Below, in pieces: positions 59,784-64,000 of a DNA stretch of 64,000 bases. The notes below the pieces were generated by a model that had not been told where the DNA came from, did not search any database, and saw nothing but the letters and a program-made list of their open reading frames with translations. Position 1 is the stretch's first letter, and the number at the start of each line of letters is the position of its first letter. The stretch spans positions 96,001 to 160,000 of IMG/VR virus record IMGVR_UViG_3300031867_000002. The stretch is one strand, 5' to 3'. A program made the translations under genes and the position numbers. This DNA is from a virus (Duplodnaviria; Caudoviricetes).

Positions 59784-60092
59784 TTATTCACCTCCTTTCA
59801 AAGCGGAAATTTTCATTATCCACTTATTTCCTTTCTTATTATATATATTTACATATACAACACCATTCTTCTCTAAATTTTCTCTCCCCTTTATTTCATT
59901 TTTATTTTCTCCGAAGAAAATAAGAATTGGTAAATTTGGATTTTCCGTGTAACCCATTACACAAAATCCCAATTCTTCCTTCTCCCCCCTTTCTAATGAT
60001 TCTTTAAACATAGCAGAATTAAACCTGCCAAGTTTAATAATTTTTTCATTGTTGTTCCCTGTTTTGATTTGATAAATTCTGCCATCTAACAT
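59784..60092 (-). CDS. Hypothetical protein (102 aa)
   Basis: SD GGAGG; early-type promoter 60155-60162. Confidence 0.55.
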   Translation of the reverse strand: MLDGRIYQIKTGNNNEKIIKLGRFNSAMFKESLERGEKEELGFCVMGYTENPNLPILIFFGENKNEIKGRENLEKNGVVYVNIYNKKGNKWIMKISALKGGE

Positions 60093-60249
60093 GATATTCC
60101 TCCGAGAGGTCGTAGAGTCTTTATAACCGTTTTACAGTAACCTCTTACACATTAATAATATATAAAAAAGAATGATAAGTTTAACAACCAACAATTTTTA
60201 TACCTTTAACATCCAAGTAATAAATTGATATAGATAGGAGGCGATATAC

Positions 60250-60972
60250 ATGGATACACCTAGCTTCATTAAAGTTAAAGGTGACTCTTATGTATTTGCT
60301 AATGATGGTTGCTTTAAATTCTATGTTCCTGAGAAGTTCTTTTCTAATAAACTTGCAGAGTTTATTGGTGAATGTATTGCTCTATTTGGAGTAATACCTT
60401 ATGCTCTCTTTGATAAGAATGATAAACCCATCGGAAAGCTGAGAAACTTTAAATTCCCTAATACATTTCTCACTAAACCAGATGAGATTGAAATTGCTAA
60501 GGGAATTGTATTAACTAAGAATAACAAACCTGAAGATTATCGTATTCTGAAATATTATAAAGAAGGAGTTATTGTTGTAAACTATAATATCTCTCAAGAT
60601 GCAGAGAATATTCAACATTGGTATTCTGCTCTTGATACTGGTGCTTTACCTAATAATATTCATTACGATGAACTTCAGAACTACTTCTTAAGAAATGCTC
60701 AAATTACTGGTAACGGATATGGCGTTTCATTACAACTTATCGGAGTTGTAATCGGAGAATTATGTCGCTGTAGTAAAGATATTGATACTCCATATAGACT
60801 AGGAAAAGACGAAGACCCAAACGCATATCAATGGATTGCTATCAAAGATGTACCTAGAGGAACATCGCCGTTTACAGCTATTCAAGCTGAACAATGGGAT
60901 TTAGCTGTTATTTCATCAATTACTAATGATAATAATAAAGACTCTCCTCTTGAGAAGATTATGATGGATTGA
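60250..60972 (+). CDS. Hypothetical protein, probably virion-associated (240 aa)
   Basis: Late-type promoter 60208-60220, SD AGGAGG, upstream of the sheath gene. Confidence 0.55.
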   Translation: MDTPSFIKVKGDSYVFANDGCFKFYVPEKFFSNKLAEFIGECIALFGVIPYALFDKNDKPIGKLRNFKFPNTFLTKPDEIEIAKGIVLTKNNKPEDYRILKYYKEGVIVVNYNISQDAENIQHWYSALDTGALPNNIHYDELQNYFLRNAQITGNGYGVSLQLIGVVIGELCRCSKDIDTPYRLGKDEDPNAYQWIAIKDVPRGTSPFTAIQAEQWDLAVISSITNDNNKDSPLEKIMMD

Positions 60973-61080
60973 GAGTCGCAGATTTTTAACATAAAGATAA
61001 ATGGTCTAGTAGCCTCACATACTACTGGCTTTACACACACATTAATATATATAAAATTTTTTGATAAAGGAGGATAAAAC

Positions 61081-64000
61081 ATGAGTAGATATCCTGGTAC
61101 ACAATTTAAAGTGTATGACAATTCTCAGGCTACTGCAATAGTGCCAATTACTAATGCTGGCCCTGCCGATTCTGTCACATATCTCAGTACCTTTGCTTCT
61201 GTTAAAGGTCCTGAAGGTATCACTTTATCTTACGGTAACAACTTCTACAATAGATATGGTACTCAAGACAAAGTAGACTTTAAGAAATATGGTCAACCAT
61301 TGTTCCAGACTTCTATGAACGTAAATAATGGTGCTAATATTCTTGCAAAGAGAGCTGTTCTCGATGACGCTACTCTCGGTAATGCAACTCTAGCAGTTGT
61401 TCTTACTAAATATAGAGATGTAATTGTAGAAACTGATAGCGTTGATAAAACTCGTATCAAATCTATAACTTATAATAATAATTCAGATTATAAATATTCT
61501 ATTGCGCCTTTAGTATTTAGTGTAGAAAATGCTAATAATTATGCATTTGCTAATGTTAAACTTGATGAGCATAAAGAAAGATATGATTTATACAAGAATT
61601 ATATTATCGATATAATTGCTAATGAAGATACACCAGATAATAGATTCTTATCTAAATTAATTGATGGTGGTTCTAAAGATATTCTTTCTGGATTTACTCA
61701 GTCTATATTCTATGATAATGAAGATAGAGTAATTAATATTTCATCTGAAGGTAAGAATCAAGTAAGACAAGTCGTAAATATTACAACTGGACTTACTAAT
61801 GGAGAAAAGAAAACGTTCTCTTCTACATTTGATGCTAAAGATGATATTATTAATGCAACAGCTGAAAATAATACTCCAATTGGTGGTACTCCAGTATATG
61901 ATACTACTAGAGTTTGGCAAAATCTTAATGGAGATAATACTGCTGATGAAGCTGGTTATACAATTGCTAAATATGTAGTGCATAGAACTGGTAAAGGAAC
62001 AGCAGAAAGCCCTTATCAGTATGAAGGATATTGGGAGATAGATAATGAAGATTGTATTAGAGATGATACTAAGGTTGTTCCATCTGCAAAGATTGAATAT
62101 AAAGATATTGCTACAAAAATAGATATTAAAAGATTTTTTACATCTATTACAGAACTTCAGGATATCGTCGATGCAGGTACCTGGAATACAGAAGAAGCAT
62201 ATGCTGCACAAAATCCTTCTAAGGGTACTGGTATTTACGAATATGCATTTATTCAAGGTTTAGTTACAACAGATAAAATACCTAACCCAGATTATAATTC
62301 AAGTGTTTCTGGTTCACAAGAATATATATATCCAATTAACGGTATTTATAGACTAGCTAAAGGAAAAGATATTATTAATACAGCTGGATATGAAAACACA
62401 AATAGACTTATCAATGATATGATGACAAAGAGAAGTGGTTACATCGTTTGTGAATGGATTTTCCCAATGTTCTCTATCTTTGATATAGGTCGTGGTGAAT
62501 CTATTAAATCTATCGGTATTGAATATGATGCTTCTACTTCTGTTACTCTTAAAAAGGCTATTTATAAACTTTGTGTTTATAACTATGATACATCTAAGAA
62601 GCTTGAACAGTTCCAGTTCTCTTTGAATCCTTATGAAAGAAATAATGGTAGTGGATATACATTTGATATCGAAAGTACTGTTAATTATAATTCCGAACAG
62701 ATTTTTGTTAAGACATATTATGAATCATATGATGCTTTGTTAGAAACATTACAGCTTATTCTTCAAAGTACAGATAATAATCTGATTGGAAATTATGATA
62801 TTCTGTTTGGTCATGCTCCTAACGGTAAATACAATGCATTTAGTTCTTATCAAGTATCTAATCTTCTTAAGAGAAATGCGTATATTTATGACTATGCACA
62901 TCTTGATGTATTTGATAATGATATCATTACTGTTAATGCATACTGTGACTGGGAAAACATGACTTCTACAGATGAAACTCTTCAAGTTAAAGGTTATTAC
63001 TATAACTGGATTAGAACAAATAAAAAGATTCTTGAAAGACTTGAATTTGGTTCCGATGGTTATAATATTGATAGAATCAATGAACAAGTAATGTTTAATA
63101 ATACTGTAGCTCCTGTTGTTCCAGTATTAGTTATTGATGAAAAATGGGAAAATTATCCTGATTCTTCAGATGGAAGCTACGGATATTCTATGGCTGAAAT
63201 CATGGAACTTACTGGTCATAAGAATGGTACTATCATTTCTTCTAATACATTAGACCTTAATGATTCACCTATTGTTCCAGAAAACTTTGTAGCAATTAAA
63301 ATTCCAATGATTGACTGTACTAAATATGAATATGATTCAGAGTATACTGGTGGTACAGGCGAAATAAAACATTGTAAACCAACCCTATCTAAAATTGTTC
63401 CAGACAAAAAAGCAATTCAAGCTACTAGATTCTTCTTCGCTTCAGAAGCTGATGGCGTAGATGGTAGCGCAAAGAAAGACGCTGCAAAAGCTTCAGCACA
63501 AAATTTTGCTATAAATAATAAGTCATGGGCTGTATATTGTGATGATATAGACCTGAATACAAAAACTTGGACAAATACTCAAGTATTGATTCCTTATACA
63601 GTTGAAAAGATTTATCAAAAGCATTATTACAGATTCTTTGCTGGTGAATTCGATAAAGATATCTTTAATCTTGACGTTTACTTCCCTAATGCTGTATTTG
63701 ATGCTAACTATGATAATGATGTTAAGCTTGCTATTCAAAGACTTGCTGCTTATCGTGGTGACTTTATGTGCTATATGGATATGGGTATTAATCGTATTAA
63801 GAGCTATGAAGATTGTGCAGAAGTTATTCCAGGTACAGAAACTGGTCTTGATTTGACAAGCGAAACATCTTCTTACGCATATGTAAGAGATATGCATGTT
63901 GCTGTAACCTGTCTCAATTATAAGATTAGAAATCCATATGATAACAGAATCATTCATGTTACTGGTACTTATGGTCTTTCTAACTTATACATCACTCATT
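61081..64000 (+). CDS. Contractile tail sheath protein, partial (runs off window)
   Basis: MSRYPGTQFKVYDNS..., FASVKGPE, F..RYG, KYGQP, GANILAKRAV at the N-end; FDANYDNDVK.AI..LA.YRGD near the window end; SD AGGAGG; late-type promoter 60988-61000; absent from ORF track because no stop is reached. Confidence 0.8.
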   Translation, partial: MSRYPGTQFKVYDNSQATAIVPITNAGPADSVTYLSTFASVKGPEGITLSYGNNFYNRYGTQDKVDFKKYGQPLFQTSMNVNNGANILAKRAVLDDATLGNATLAVVLTKYRDVIVETDSVDKTRIKSITYNNNSDYKYSIAPLVFSVENANNYAFANVKLDEHKERYDLYKNYIIDIIANEDTPDNRFLSKLIDGGSKDILSGFTQSIFYDNEDRVINISSEGKNQVRQVVNITTGLTNGEKKTFSSTFDAKDDIINATAENNTPIGGTPVYDTTRVWQNLNGDNTADEAGYTIAKYVVHRTGKGTAESPYQYEGYWEIDNEDCIRDDTKVVPSAKIEYKDIATKIDIKRFFTSITELQDIVDAGTWNTEEAYAAQNPSKGTGIYEYAFIQGLVTTDKIPNPDYNSSVSGSQEYIYPINGIYRLAKGKDIINTAGYENTNRLINDMMTKRSGYIVCEWIFPMFSIFDIGRGESIKSIGIEYDASTSVTLKKAIYKLCVYNYDTSKKLEQFQFSLNPYERNNGSGYTFDIESTVNYNSEQIFVKTYYESYDALLETLQLILQSTDNNLIGNYDILFGHAPNGKYNAFSSYQVSNLLKRNAYIYDYAHLDVFDNDIITVNAYCDWENMTSTDETLQVKGYYYNWIRTNKKILERLEFGSDGYNIDRINEQVMFNNTVAPVVPVLVIDEKWENYPDSSDGSYGYSMAEIMELTGHKNGTIISSNTLDLNDSPIVPENFVAIKIPMIDCTKYEYDSEYTGGTGEIKHCKPTLSKIVPDKKAIQATRFFFASEADGVDGSAKKDAAKASAQNFAINNKSWAVYCDDIDLNTKTWTNTQVLIPYTVEKIYQKHYYRFFAGEFDKDIFNLDVYFPNAVFDANYDNDVKLAIQRLAAYRGDFMCYMDMGINRIKSYEDCAEVIPGTETGLDLTSETSSYAYVRDMHVAVTCLNYKIRNPYDNRIIHVTGTYGLSNLYITH

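Noticed and set aside
1-64000. Genome-wide stop-codon reassignment (TAG or TGA)
   Set aside because: Long genes are intact under code 11 and coding density is high; only one suspicious TAG was seen

Overview
AT-rich, gene-dense 64 kb segment of a jumbo myophage genome of the phiKZ/AR9(PBS1)-like type, probably infecting an anaerobic Firmicute. Support for the host: strong AGGAGG SD sites, GH25 endolysin, NrdD/NrdG and BspA-type LRRs. Recognisable genes: GH25 endolysin (partial, not in the ORF track), terminase large subunit, GroEL-like chaperonin, a split multisubunit RNA polymerase beta' N-half with DYDGD, a candidate nvRNAP sigma-like subunit, primase, two PD-(D/E)XK nucleases, a protein-kinase-like protein, two AIPR paralogs, a Tad2/DUF2829-like protein, MYG1, baseplate gp25- and gp26-like genes, LRR-bearing fibre proteins and the 5' part of the tail sheath (not in the ORF track). 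nrdD is interrupted by a group I intron (33388-34553) that carries an HNH endonuclease gene. Two phage promoter motifs recur in intergenic DNA: AACW-N6-TAA (23 copies, matching the AR9 late consensus) and TATAYHAT-N4-GTR (12 copies, early-like, usually followed by a hairpin). Other unexplained signals: a probable -1 frameshift gene, two highly structured RNA regions (16.5 kb and 51.3 kb), recurrent hairpins around start codons, and an LRR array with fixed framework codons and hypervariable positions followed by a duplicated C-terminal cassette. All family calls come from motif recognition by eye; no searches were run.
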